Positions 36,453 to 49,405 of a stretch of DNA of 64,000 bases are shown one piece after another. The position numbers and the translations under genes were made by a program. This DNA is from Squalus acanthias. Lineage: Eukaryota. The DNA is taken from contig CM059431.1 of assembly GCA_030390025.1 (NCBI GenBank), forward strand, positions 122,328,001 through 122,392,000, given 5' to 3'. Position 1 is the first letter of the stretch. The number at the start of each line of letters is the position of its first letter. The notes under the pieces were generated by a model, which was not told the origin of the DNA, made no database searches, and saw nothing but the letters and a program-made list of their open reading frames with translations.

Positions 36453-37868
36453 TTATAAGAGTAAGGAAGTCTTGCTGCAATTATATAGGGCTTTGCTGAG
36501 ACCACACCTGGAGTACTGTGTACAGTTTTGGTCTCTTTACCTAAGGAAGGATGTACTTGCATTAGAGGGGGTGCAATGAAAGTTCACTGGATTGATTCCT
36601 GGGATGAGAGGGCTGGCCTACGAGGAGAGAATGAATAGGAGGGGCCAATACTCTCTGCAGTTTAGAAGAAGAGGTGATCTCATTGAAACATATAGGGGGA
36701 AAAAAATGGTTGGTTAGCGCCTCCCATTAGCGCCTCCGGGGGCGCTAACGGGGCGCTCGGAACTTAGGAACTCACAAAATTGACCAGTAGTTTTGCAGTG
36801 GCACTAAACACTACCGCCACGATCTCCTGCGCCCGCAGATCATGAGATCGGTTGAGCGTGCAATGCCCTGGTAGTACCCCAGACCGGATATTGAGTCGTG
36901 CACCCTGCCTTAGCGCCTGCCGCTAGGAACGACAGGTAGAGGGGATCATTTTCAAGTCAGGAAGAGCTGGGGGAGCGCTATTTAAAGGCGGGCACTTCCT
37001 GCCTTTTCTTGTCAGCAAAATTTTTGGTACACTCAGGTTGAGAGGGAGAGAGGCGTCTGGAGAGATTTAACACTGTCGTAAGGAGTTTTAGCCCTCAGCA
37101 CCACTTTTGAGGTTCCTAAGCGCCGGGCTCTTTCCCAGGGCCTATTCATTAATGCTTCCAACACAATTGCTTTAGAGGTCTTTCCAGGCCAAGATTCAAG
37201 GCTGCAATGAGCAGGGAGTGGCTGTCCAGCAAGATGGCCCCTCCCCTTTAAGAGCTGGACGGCGCCAGTCTGCCTGGCTTCCATGGTTACTGACATCGCC
37301 TGAGCTTCGGTAGCGCTCTGAGGTATCGCCTCGTTCCCCGATGTTTGCACCTTAAGAGAGGTGTGTAGCACCTGATTTAGCGCTGAAATCACCTCCAGGG
37401 GCGATAGAGGCGAATTTTGCAGTTGGAGGCAATAATTAGCACCGGGCGCTAAACTTTGCACCCAGCCGATATTAGCGCCCCAAAATGGGCGATACCCAAT
37501 TTTTCCCCCATAACAATCTTAAAGGGCTTGACAGGGTAAATGCTGAGAGGTTGTTTCTCCTGGCTGGAGAGTCTAGATTATATAGTCTCAGGATAAGGGG
37601 TCGGCCATTTAAGACTAAGATGAAGGGAAATTTTCTCACTCAGAGGGTTATGAATCTTTTGGAATTCACTACCCCAGAGGGCTGTGGATGCTGAGTCATT
37701 GAGTATATTCAAGACTGAGATTGATAGATTTTAGGGCGCGAAGGGAATCAGGGGATATGGGGATAGGGTGAGGTAGAAAATCAGCCATGATCTTATTGAA
37801 TAGTGCAGCAGGCACGTGGGGTCGTTTGGCCGACCCCTGCTCTTATTTTTCGTGTTCTTGTGCTTATT
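36453..37868 (+). mobile_element. CR1 3' end interrupted by MITE-3
   Basis: RPHLEYCVQFWS..DLIETY| then LKGLDRVNAERLF, 3'UTR and tail. Confidence 0.88.
36695..37509. mobile_element. Non-autonomous Harbinger (MITE-3, 815 bp)
   Basis: GGGGGAAAAA / TTTTTCCCCC termini, TSD ATA, subterminal homology to MITE-2 and the 26274 element. Confidence 0.92.
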
Positions 37869-37869
37869 C

Positions 37870-40147
37870 TTACCAGGACTCCAAGTTAAAGGCTGGCTAT
37901 TGGGTGAGAAGGGCTATCCCCTCCAGACACAACTCATGACTTCAGTTCAGAACCCGCGCACAGCTGTGCAGCAGGAGTACAATGAGAGCCATGTTGCCAC
38001 ACGGAGCATCATCAAGCAAACAATCGGCGTCTCCAAACAATGCTTCTCCTGCCTGGACCGTTCAGGAGGAGCCCTGCAGTACACTCCTGATTTGTGGTTG
38101 TCTACTACATGCTCCACAACTATGCCATCATGAAGGACTAGCCCTTACCACCACCTGAGCGCCAGCAAATTGAAGAGGAGATGCCCCTTTCTGCCCGAGC
38201 TCTAAGAGACCAGCTGATTGAGGGGCAGTTTCAATAACCACAACTCCAAGTCCCCATTTACCAGCCATCCTGCACTCCTTACCTTTCTTCTTACAGTCAC
38301 CATCACATTGTCCTCTTTCACTCAACATTAGTTGATTTTTCCTTCACTTGTCCGCAAACAAAAAAAAACAGCAAATGCAAATCTGAAACCAAATTTATCA
38401 AATCACTAATCTGATACTTTACACAAAATTAAACTATTCACCCTTGCACATTCCCTTAGTGTGCCTGTCTTTCATGTTCCTTTGCCTATCCTGGTGCTTT
38501 TACAATGTGTTTCCCCAGTGGCTGCAGCTTGAGAGGTGGAAGGCTGCTGACCTTCCATTGAGGAGACTGCAGATCGCCTTGGGGGCAACCTTGAGCAGCT
38601 CTGGGCCTAGAAGGCCCAGCTTCAGACTGCACAATCTCGGCCTGAGCTGCAGCAGTCTTGGCTGGCTGGCTGACAGGCACCAGCAAGGGCACTGGCGGAG
38701 TGGCAGGGGTGGAAGCAGGACTGCTGTCCTCCTGAGCGAGGACAGCGCTTCCCTCTTCCATGGAGCCAAGGCCACTCTCCTGTGGGGGGGTTGCCTCAGC
38801 AACCCTAGTGCTCTGTTGAGAACAAAGTGCTGGACTGCTGTGACGCCCTGGAAGCCCTTTCAACATTGGCACCCAGAGCCAAGATGGCAACTGTTTGAGT
38901 TGCCATGGCAGCATTTTGTGCTACGATGGAAGCTGTCATTAGACATTCCATCATCGTGTGTTTCACAGTTGTGCTGATGAAGGTAACCTCCCGTTCCACG
39001 TTGGAAAGGATTGGCTCCAAGCTCTGCGCAAAGCCATGCGCTATGTTTGAGCTGGACTCCTCCACGCAATGTGACATTATGCACAAGCTCTCTGACAGGC
39101 TTCCCAGTGAAGTCTGCATCTGAGTCTTCTGCAGCAAAACTAGTATTCAAACTTGCCATCTGGCGAGTTGGCACCTGTGGTGTCCTCTTCTCCTGCTCTG
39201 GATCCTGTGCACTTGTGCCCGGTGAGTCACCATGAGCAGATCCCTCTTCTAACCTAACATCTAAAGTCCATGTAGTATCAGTCTCTGAGCTGGTGGCTGC
39301 GAGAGTGAGATCAAGTGACAGTGTCCCTTCCTGGTCACTCTCATCCTCTTCCTCCCCTGGCTGAGGGACTTCCACATTCTGGGTTAATGAGAATCTTTCA
39401 AAATGTTTGGGTAATGTGGCTGTCATGGTTGAATAACTGCCAGTGTGTGTGTGAGATGTGAGTTGTGGGTGTGAAGTTTGTAATAATGCTGAGTGTGTGA
39501 GGGTGAGATGAAGACTATTAATTGAACAGTTCTGTACTGATTGTAGGTTGGCGGGGGAAGGGCCTGCTGCGAATTCAACAGTTCATGAGACTATGAGTGG
39601 TGCAGCTTTTATGAGATTCCATTTGAACCTTGTTCTTACCTTAACATCTGTTATCACATCAGTAAACATCTTACGGCACTGCATCCATGTCCTAGGAGCT
39701 ATGCTCCTTGCGTTTACCTCATCTGCATCCTCCTCCCTCTGCCTGCAAATGATATCCCTGGAAGGCTTCCTGCCCCTGGGAGTTACAGAATGTCACTCCT
39801 CCTCTCTACCTCCTGCACCAAGGACTCCAGTGCAGCAACTGAGAACCTTGGTGCCCGCACTCGCCCAGGTCCAGCCATTTCAGCTGATAAACAATTTCTA
39901 ATGGTTGTTGCAGCCACAATGCACCTCTCCTTTAGAGGTGCAGGCTGCCTTTAAGTAGTGTCGTGGACCCCCAATAGCGGGCCCCCTCCTCATGCGTGCA
40001 GCCAATGAACAGTGCAGGTAGCTTTGGCTGCACGCAGCAATCATTTTAATGAGCAAGCAGCATGGATTTTACGTGCTGCTTGCATGGCTATTAATTGCTC
40101 ACGGCGATTCCCGCGCCCGTTCTCCCACACTAATCAATTTCACCCCC
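37870..40147. mobile_element. Degenerate, left-truncated Harbinger (transposase C-terminus on +, ORF2 remnants on -)
   Basis: GWLLGEKGYPL..YNESHVATRSIIKQTIGV..CLDRSGGALQY (37890-38090); minus-strand AAAQAEIVQSEAGPSRPR matches ORF2 at 28256-29143; right terminus AATTTCACCCCC. Confidence 0.85.
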
Positions 40148-40505
40148 ATGGTATAAGTAAATAAATGCTATTTATATCGGGTCAGACAATTTATTTTTCT
40201 CACCAATGTTCTCGCTCCCCTCTTTATTGGGGTACAATTCCACAAGCACTAGTTAAGTTTCTGTACATCATCCAAATGTTTGAATTTAATTGGGTAACTG
40301 ACTTTATACAACGTGTGTAAAACAGGTGGATTCAAGCGTAGAGGCACCACCATCAACCTTAATATCTGGCGGGGTCATTAAATAGCAACTAGGACTGGGA
40401 ACATTTTGCTGATTTTTTTTGTTTTCTGTCGTTTCCAACCTAAGGATGCTGAGGCCAACTGTAATTCCCATACCATTACCCTAGCTGTGGTATCATATCT
40501 GGAGT

Positions 40506-40955
40506 AAAAGACTTGCTATTATATAACGCCTTTCCCAACCTCAGGATGTTCCAAAGCACTTCACAGCCAATGAAGTACTTTTGCAGTCTAGTCACTTTTC
40601 TAATGTAGGAAACGCAACAGCCAATTTGCACACAGCAAACTCCCACAACCAGCCATCTGATAATGACTGGGTAATCAGTTTTAGTGATGTTGGTTGAGTA
40701 ATAAGTTTTGGCCAGGACACTAGGGAAAACTCCCCTGCTCTTTTTCAAAAATGTGCCGTGGGATCTTTTACGTTCACCTGAGACCTCAGTTTAACATCTC
40801 ATCCGAAAGTTGGCACCTCCGACAATGCAGCACTCCTTAGGTACTGCACTGGAGTGTCAACCCAGATTATGTGTTCAAATATCTGGAATGGGACTATGAA
40901 CCTACAACCTTCTAACTCAGAGGCAAGAGTGCTACCACTGAGCAAAGGCTGACAC
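40506..40955 (-). mobile_element. SacSINE1-like Deu-SINE, full length
   Basis: Minus strand head TGTCAGCCTTTGCTCAGTGGTAGCAC (A-box-like), body and tail as in other copies. Confidence 0.82.
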
Positions 40956-41128
40956 CTAATGTGTTTGGGTGGCTCAGCTGATTATTTGCTATACTTGCTG
41001 AGGCATCAGGGAGGCTGTGCACAGAAAAATAGCACAAGCCTTAGCCATCGGAGGTATTTTTGATTTCTATGTTCATAATGGACAGATATCTCTGGTAAAG
41101 AAAATGAAGAACAGTAGTATTTCAGTAT

Positions 41129-41562
41129 AAAAAGAAAGACTTGCATTTGTATAGCGCCTTTCATGACCACTGCACGTCCCAAAGCACTTTACAGCCAATG
41201 AAGTACTTTTTGAAGTGTAGTCACTGTTGTAATGTAGGAATCGTGGCAGCCAATTTGCACACAGCAAGCTCTCACAAACAATAATGTGATAATGACCAGA
41301 TAATCTATTTTCAGTGATGTTGATTGAGGGGTAAATATTGGCCTGGACACCAGGGATAACTCCCCTGCTCTTCTTCTAAATAGTGTCATGGGATCTTTTA
41401 CGTGCACCTGAGAGAGGAGACGGGGCCTCAGTTTAACGTCTCATCCGAAAGACGGCACCTCAAACAGTGCAGCACCCCCTCAGTACTGTACTGGAGTGTC
41501 AGCCTAGATTTTTGTGCTCAAGTCTCTGGAGTGGGACTTGAACCCACAACCTTCTGACTCAG
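41129..41562 (-). mobile_element. SacSINE1-like Deu-SINE
   Basis: High similarity to 31481-31926; B box GGTTCAAGTCC on minus strand. Confidence 0.85.
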
Positions 41563-42419
41563 CGGTCATTATTTAAGGGTGGAATTCCTAGAAGGGATTG
41601 CATTGCAACGCCAAATTCAAAATAATGGAAAAAATGTTGCTCATTAAAATATTTTAAATAATTTGGCACATTGATTTTGAGGTTTAACAGTTGCTGGCTT
41701 TCATCTCCAGAGACTTTCATTTATATCCAGCCAAGAAACATATCCAGAAGGTTAGTTCCCAATCATGTTTGATAAAACTCACAAGAGAAATGAGACGGAG
41801 GCATTTGCAGTTTAATGCCAGAGGATATCAGTCTGCAAGTTGCCCTTTTTGTCTGTTTTGAGCATAGAATTTAAACATTAGAACTGAGCAAAAATCTTAA
41901 ATATAAGAGTTAGGCAATGGTCAGTTCTTGAGGAAATGCCCAGCATTGTGGCATACCTCTGAGCATCTAATTCTCTTAAAAAATATAATACATAGGCCCC
42001 GCATTAGAGGATTAATTAATGTTCATTCTAATAAACTTGGATAAATAAATAATATCAAATCCTTCTGCTTTGCAATTACAATCTAATCCTATTACAGAGC
42101 AGGTTCCGCTGCCTAAGTTTTTTTGCTTGGTTTAGTAGACTTCAAAGAATTGAAAATGTATATTGGTATAAGCTGTTTGGATGAAGAAGCTATGTAGATA
42201 CATCACTCTAAATTAAAATTATATTGGATGTTGCTTTAGATAGCTGCACATCAATGGATGTGGCACAATCAAATATTTGTTGATCGGTAAACTTGTTTTT
42301 CCATTAATTTTGCTGCAAAAGATAATTGTAGCTATGAAAAATTCTTCAACATCAATTTCAATTTTTAGTTTTTACAAATAAATGTTGATTCTCATTTTCT
42401 CTCTTCCTATTTTAAAGGT

Positions 42420-43131
42420 CATGATGTGGAGATGCCGGCGTTGGACTAGGGTGGACAAAAATGAGAAGTCGCACAACACCAGGTTATAGTCCAACAGATT
42501 TATTTAATTTTACAAGCTTTCGGAGCGGTTCGCTCCTTCCTCAGGTAGGGTAGCAGTGAGAGAATCTCCCAGAATTCACAATATAAACACAGCGAAAATC
42601 TATTCAAATCTTTCCCTACATCAAAGACACACTAAGAGCACAGCCAAGACAATGAGATGTGTCCCAGGGGGTCCAACGTGTCAAAACACCTGCTGGCTGC
42701 ATATCCTGTCAATTTGTGTTGGTTCTTGTGTTAGTCTTTTTAAAAAAAAAACACCTGGAAAGACCGGCCGTGATGTCAAGTCACGTTCTGTATCGTGACA
42801 TGAACCCGATATCGCGATTGAGGCCATCCTCATGAGTGCGGAAGTTGGCTATCAGTTTCTGCTCTATGATTTTACGCTGTCGTGTATCCCGAAGGCCGCC
42901 TTGGAGAACGCTTACCCGCAGATCCGAGGCTGAATGCCCCTGGCTGCTGAGGTGTTCCCCGACTGGGAGGCAACCCTCCTGCCTGGCGATTGTTGCGCGG
43001 TGTCCGTTCATACGTTGTCTCAGTGTCTGCATGGTCTCGCTGATGTACCATGCTCTGGAGCATCCTTTACTACAACGTATCAGGTAGACAACGTTGGCCG
43101 AGTCACATGAGTATGTACCGTGTACCTGGTG
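42420..43131 (-). mobile_element. 5'-truncated Penelope-like retroelement (GIY-YIG endonuclease end + pLTR)
   Basis: GIY-YIG-type C-terminus NVVYLIRC..WYISET..LRQRMNGHR..PVGEH..E..I..GLN (stop at 42781); 9-bp TSD TTTAAAGGT (42411-19; 43132-40). Confidence 0.92.
42511..42547 (-). ncRNA. Minimal hammerhead ribozyme motif in the pLTR
   Basis: UAC-CUGAGGA-A-GGAGC(GAACC)GCUCC-GAAA-GCUU-GUA; core identical to the 13.1-kb copies, loop II differs. Confidence 0.72.
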
Positions 43132-43143
43132 TTTAAAGGTATT

Positions 43144-43845
43144 GGGGGTGAAATTGAACAGCGCCAGCCTCCTGGCACGGAATGATCTCTTCACCGGAAC
43201 GGGTAGACCCGAAGCATACTCGAAATTGGACCTCAGGCCTTATCTAAATGAGACCAGCGATCTATAGATACCTGTTGTACATCCCCAGGCAGCTTGTTGG
43301 TGAAGCGGATTTAAATTTGCACCCTCAGGTTGGTCCTGGGAGGGGGGGAAGGCGATCGGGAGGTGGCAGAGCGGGGGGTGGCAATGGTCTTCGGGACTGC
43401 TGTGGAGAAAGGAGGAGCGCTCCTGTGCCTCCTAGCTCCACATTCAGTTAAGTATTTTCTTAAACTTACCTTTTTGGTGGAGCCCCCCCAGCAGTCCCTT
43501 TAAGAATTGCTGGTTAGGCAAACAGGCATTATGGCATTTGCATATGCAAATAGGATGTCCAACACCTGTTCCAGGACCCCTTCCTGAAATTGGGCTACGT
43601 TGAGGGCAGCTCAATTTCAGGAAGGGGATCGGAAACAGGTGTTGGACACCCTATTTGCATATGCAAATGGTCTAATGTCTGTTTCAGGCGTGGGCCCCAG
43701 ATGCCTATACTTTAGCCTTCGTCAATACAGTGGGCGGCACACTTCTGATATGGAAGGTGTGCGTGCACATTACCTATCATATCCGACATTTAGGTGCTCA
43801 TTTTATGCCTGTAAAGTGGGCATGGTATCAATGAATTTCTAGGCC
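43144..43845. mobile_element. Harbinger-type MITE, family C
   Basis: Termini GGGGGTGAAATT / AATTTCTAGGCC, TSD ATT (43141-43; 43846-48). Confidence 0.85.
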
Positions 43846-43873
43846 ATTGGGACATGCTGAAGTATTCCTCCAA

Positions 43874-44189
43874 GGGCAACACGGTGGCATAGTGGTTAGC
43901 ACTGTTACCTCACAGCGCCAGGGACCCGGGTTCGAATCTGGCCCTGGGTGACTGTCTGTGTTGAGTTTGCACATTCTCCCCGTGTCTGCGTGGGTTTCCT
44001 CCGGGTGCTCCGGTTTCCTCCCACAGTCCAAAGATGTGCGGGTTAGGTTGATTTGGCTATGATAAATTGACCCTTAGTGTTAGGGGGATTAAATACGTGG
44101 TATTACGGGGATAGGGTGGGATATGTGTCAGTGCAGGCTCGATGGGCCGAAATGGCCTCTATCTGCACTGTGGGGATTCTGTGATTCTG
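43874..44189 (+). mobile_element. HE1-like V-SINE (tRNA-derived)
   Basis: A box TGGCATAGTGG, B box GGTTCGAATC, V-domain GTCTGCGTGGGTTTCCTCCGGGTGCTCCGGTTTCCTCCCACA, CR1-like tail with GATTCTGT repeats. Confidence 0.9.
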
Positions 44190-46619
44190 TGGGTGCTAGC
44201 AGGACTCTGGTACCTCATCCATTCTTCATGTGCAAGCTTTGACACTGAAGGCAGGATTTGATTCTTTACCACTACTAAAGCTGAGGCAGGCTTAGGCAAC
44301 TAATTGGGCAGGGATCCATTACTTTTGATTCCCATCCATGTTTCCGTGCATCGCATGCTGTGCCAGAAGTGTTGGCAGCCCCTGAGATTGCCTGTATTCA
44401 AAATTGAACAATAATGTAATTCATTATCTATTCCAAATTACTTCCTTTGCAACAATGGATGTAAAGAATGCCTGCATACAACAGGCAAAGAGTGATGTGA
44501 AGGGAGGTGGAACAGCTCCAAAAGGTTGAATAAAGGAGGTAGGATGATCAATGGATTGCAGTACAAAGGAGAGATAAATTGGCGTCCTTAGTTTGTCCCA
44601 TTTCATCACACCTTGAATTTATTTTTGATAAGGTTGTCTGCCCCTTTAAGCTGCTGCAGGCATCAGGCACCCACAATAATGGGCATTTCCCACCTTCTAC
44701 TGTTAAGCTTCCATGTGCAGGTAGGAATCCCACCAGGAATTTGCCCAACATTTTAAATTAGATTGACCAGTAGAAATTTGTTGGGGTCAACTGTTGGATC
44801 AGTCAGTCCAGCAAAAAGTTTGTCTGCCAACTTAACACCAGTGATCCTGGCTGGAGGAAAATATAGGATTGAGTGCCGGCTATTTGATTGTGGTGGACAT
44901 TACAGTTGAGCCCGATTCTGTCCTCAACTGATGTCCAGATGTACAGGCCAAATTTTGAATTGCAGGCCAAATTTGATGGCCTGACTGATGTTTTCCTCTA
45001 TCCCTAACCCAGTGACATTGTAGCCAATATTAGCACCCCTACTCCATCCCTCAGCTGACAATACTAACATAACAATAGGGGAGAGAAATTTGTTTTAGCC
45101 AGTAAAGTTGCTGGTGTCACTGGCAACTGGAGTTAACGGCCACTTAAAATGGCCGCAACGCTAATGGAGCAAAATTCATCTGGGGGGATGGAGATTGTTG
45201 GTGCAGCGCTTATCTACCATGCAACGCTGTCCTGGTGGCATTGCTGGAGGCATCCGACCTGAAGTTTGTTTGCAGGTGCGGCGTTCGAGCCTCGCACAGC
45301 CTCTGGAATCGAGACTGTGGCGCTCGCAAAGAATTGTGGGCAATGAAGAGGCCTGAGAATTAAAGGGGCCTTGCACACTGAAGCAATACAAATTAAAATG
45401 AAGTGAAACAATGCAGTATTCAGAACTTTATGTCTATAAAAAAAAAATTAAAGAAAGACCTGCATTTATGTAGCGCCTTTCATGACCACCGGACATCCCA
45501 AAGTGCTTTACAGCCAATGAAATACTTTTGGAGTGTAGTCACTGTTGTAATGTATTTAACATTAAAAAGAAGTCCCAAATGTGAATATTCAGCTCTTAAA
45601 GCTGAATTCCCTTCCTAACCTCAAAAAATGGGAAAAATGCCTCAGCACGAACACAAGTGGCTCAGCAAGCCATGGAACGGGCGCCCAGGGACTTGAATGC
45701 AGCATTCCAGCTTTGTGCAAGGGGTCAACACCACAAGACTGGCCCTCTACCCACAGGTGCCAGGAGACACTCCAGAAAGAACAATGTGGGACTACATCAC
45801 TGAGGCCTTCACTGCTAGCAGTGTCGCCCCCACCACCTGGCTCCAGTGCCCAAAGAAGGTTCATGACCTCAGAACACTGGTCAATATCAGTGAATGCCTC
45901 TTCAAAAGCCGTCTCCTACCAACTGTACCACTAGCCTCAATGCACGACCCCCCAAGCCCAATCACTCGCCTAACAACAATCTGCAACAATCATGAGACAC
46001 ATCTCCCACTCCTAGCCTCATCCCACATTCTTGGCAGAAGCCTGGCTGAGCCCTTGGCCAGTGGCGGTGCTGAAAGGATACAAGAAGCTGCGATCCTCAT
46101 ACGTTATCCTCCTGCTAGCATGCGCCTCTTGCTTTCCCGCCCTCCGCACACCAAAACTGCACCCTTGTGCCTTCCTCATTTTAAACACCCAAAAGATGCA
46201 GCCTGCCCAGCCAATGGGTGACCAAGAAGAGGGAGAGAAAAGTGAAGAAGAACAAGAAGAAGAAGATTGATTTGACACTCCCAGCCACCAGCTCCTCAAG
46301 GTCAACCAGCAAGGACATTTGCAGTGTTCCCCACTGAAAGTCAGCAGCCTTCCACCAGCCATGCTGCAACCACTGGGGTAGCACTGCGTGACATCAGTAG
46401 ATAGGCAAAGGCACACACAAGACAGTCACTAAGAGAATGCATACAGGTGATGAGTTGATTTCTTGATGTCACATTGGGTGGATAGACGTATATAGGTGGA
46501 TGGTAAAGTTTGCTTTGTGGTGGATTTTATTTCAGCATTGTGGCCAAGAGGACATTGTGATGGTCAGTAACAGATGGATGGTAAGGTGTGGGATTAATGT
46601 TGGAAGGCGAATTGGGGTT

Positions 46620-47988
46620 GTGGTCACTGGGATCGCAGGCAGATGATTCCATCCCAGATATCCCGGCCACAAAGGGGCTGTCTGGGAAGCATCCTTCCTT
46701 CTGCTTCCTCTTCTTCTGCTTCCTCCTCTTCGGCTTCCTCCTCTTCTGTGTCTTCCTCTTCCCTCTGCAAGCTGATGCTGTAAATGTGAAATGACAGCAT
46801 AAAATGCTGGAAATACTCAGCTGGTCGGGCAGCGACTCAACCTGAGACGTGAACTCTGATTTTCTCTCCAGGGATGTTGCGTGACCTGTTGAGTATTTGC
46901 AGCATGTTCTGTCTTCTCAAAGGCCTTGATTTACCATCCATGCCCTTGCAAGCATCCAGCAGCACTCCCTACACACTTAAAAAACTTTTCACATCTATTT
47001 TAGAAAGCCACCACTTCAATAAAATCAAAAAATCCAGTCCAAAACCTTAAATCCAAACTTACCTGAATGATGTCTGCACCTTTAAGAGGTGCAGACGTCA
47101 CCACTGTCAGCCTGTTTGCACACCAGATTAACCTGGCGTTCTTAGGACCCAGCATGGTTCTCATTATATGAGTGCTGGGCACGAGTGTTGGGGTTGCGGA
47201 GGGGATTCATCAGCCAGGTGCAGAGCCTTGTCTCTGAGCAGCCACCCTTGAGTTTCATGTGATGGCTGGAAGATTGCTGGCTCACCAGACTGGCGCAGGA
47301 TGAAGGCATGATAATTGCTGCCAGGATAGCATGCATTGACCATCAGGAAGCACTGGGTGTGGTCGCACAACAACTGCACGTTAAATGAGTGATAGCCTTT
47401 GCGGTTACGGAGGATCTCAGGGTTGTTATGCGGCACCCGTAAAGCCACGTGGATGCAGTCAATGGCGCTCTGCCCCATGGGGAAGCCCACAATCCTAGCA
47501 AAGCCACATGCACGCTCGTCCTGCTTCTCTCTGCTCAGACAGAAGAAAATGTAGTCCCTACTCTTGGTGTAGAGAGCCTCTGTGACCTCCCGGATGCAGC
47601 GATGGACGGCGAACTGTGAGATGTTAGCTATGTCTCCTGCTGCAGACTGGAAGGTTGCGCTATTGAAGAAATTGAGGGCCACAGCGACCTTGAGGGCTAC
47701 TGGGCTTGCTGTTGTCACCCTGCTCTCAGGCTGTAGGTCTGGTTGCAGGAGGTGTCAGTGTTCTGTGATCACCACTTTGGTGAAACGGAGACTCCTAATA
47801 CACTGCTTCTTGCTTAAATGGATATAAGTAAAGTGGTTTCGGTAGACCCTAGGTGGGTAAGGCCCCCTTTTGAGAGCCCTCATGGCCCTCCTCCTCCCTC
47901 TGCGCGCATCTTCTCCTTTTCTTCGCTGCCTCTGCTCCCTCTCCCGAAGATACTCGAGCATGAGGGGGACTGCCAGTAGAGCCCCCAT
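46620..47988 (-). pseudogene. Harbinger transposase pseudogene
   Basis: MGALLAVP..YPPRVY, KVAVALNFF, AIDCIHVAL, NRKGYHS, YPGS, GWLLRDK; frameshifts; acidic tail at ~46700-46765. Confidence 0.88.
46790..46915. mobile_element. Decayed inverted-repeat element, probably a second Penelope pLTR family
   Basis: ATGCTGGAAATACTCAGCTGGTC / GACCTGTTGAGTATTTGCAGCAT imperfect arms; family assignment from recall of similar shark repeats. Confidence 0.55.
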
Positions 47989-49405
47989 GACTGTGAGCAA
48001 GTGTTGTGAGCAGAAGCCTTTAAATAATAATGCAGGCGTTCTCCACTTGCCCCAACACTCCCTGTTACCTTAGAACCTTGAAAGAAGTTTAGAAAACTGC
48101 TGGAGTTGCAGAAAGTTCCACAGAGCCAGTCAAACTGCATAAACATGTCAGGTGCAATTTGTTGCTGATGATCCCCATAAATAACACATCTGGAGCCTCC
48201 ATCCTGCTTGTTAATGCTTGCTCAACTGGTCGCACTTAAGGCATGCTGGTAAGTGGAGCAGCGGAGTTGAAAATGGTGGGTCGGGCAGCAGGTGAGCGTT
48301 GCACACTCACTGACGTCACGATTTGCATATTCTATATCATTTTCGTGAGCACAGACATTGGCAGCACTGCTGGCCATCCGAAAATAGTGGCCACGGTGGG
48401 ACCCGACGACAGCCGCCATTTTTTCCCCGAATCTGGCGGTAACGGGTGGCGCTGAACCCCCAAATTTTTAGCCCAATGCATTTAGCAGCAAACACATCAG
48501 AGGATCTGCAGATAACGTAATCATTTGTTCTTATTCAAGATAAAAATTCATTTTTGGGGGTGCAAATATGGCAGTTCTGCATGCAAAATCCTCAAAAAAA
48601 TATAAAGCAGTAAACAACCAATGAAGATCTTGCAGAACTGCAGAAACCAGGGTGGATAATCATCAGCGAAACATAGAAAAAGGCTGCAAAATCTCAGAAA
48701 CAATAAATGTGGAACTGGTTTTCTTAGCCTAGGAGAGCATGGTTAGATAAAGTATGAGTGGATAAAATGCTTTAATGTACTTCTTAGGATAATCTCAGCA
48801 TTGGGTCTGCCTCAATCATGATGCTGTGAACTGTGGGCTGATTTGAAGAGCAGGAGAGAATGGGATGTACTTTTTCTATCTTGCTTTTCAATGAGGCCAT
48901 ACCAGCCCTACAGCTTGTTTACCATGAGGCCATGCCAGGCCTTTAATGAAGATGTAACAGCTGTACTTCTCCAGGGACTAGGTTATTATATTTCATTTCC
49001 CAAGGCAGCAAAGCAGCACCTACATCGTCAGGACAGAGACTACTAGAGCAGTCGCATTTCTCAGTGTTTGCTATAATTGATATTTTGTGGCATTCCAGCT
49101 ACCGGTCCAGTTGGAACATCTGTTCAGGAGGTGGAAGTGGCTCCGTTCCATCAAGAGGAAGGTGGGTTAGATGCTTAGGTGTGTGATCATGAATGTGGGT
49201 GTTTTATTTTTTTCCCCCAAGGTCAACTGATAACTGATTAGTAACTTTAGGTATTGAAGCCTGCTGCACTTGCCTGGACCAGCTGTTGGATATGTTTCTT
49301 TTTGTAAACTGCTCCTGTAACATAATGGCATAGTAGTTGACTCCCATTAGTTGAAGTAGTAAGATATATCAGTGCTTTGATGTTTGAAAAAGTGCATAAT
49401 ATTTT

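Larger units (their letters stand above)
45078..48474 (-). mobile_element. Degenerate Harbinger (transposase on -, ORF2 remnants on +) with nested SINE fragment (~45450-45555) and PLE remnant
   Basis: Imperfect TIRs GGGAGAGAAATTTG / CAAATTTTTAGCCC; ORF2 remnant ~45650-45890 (..WLQCPKKVHDL). Confidence 0.8.

Noticed and set aside
42781..43194. 137-aa standalone GIY-YIG nuclease gene
   Set aside because: The first ~21 codons come from the adjacent MITE and TSD; the remainder is a 5'-truncated Penelope ORF.
43874..43945. tRNA gene
   Set aside because: A/B boxes continue into V-SINE body and LINE-like tail; it is a SINE head.
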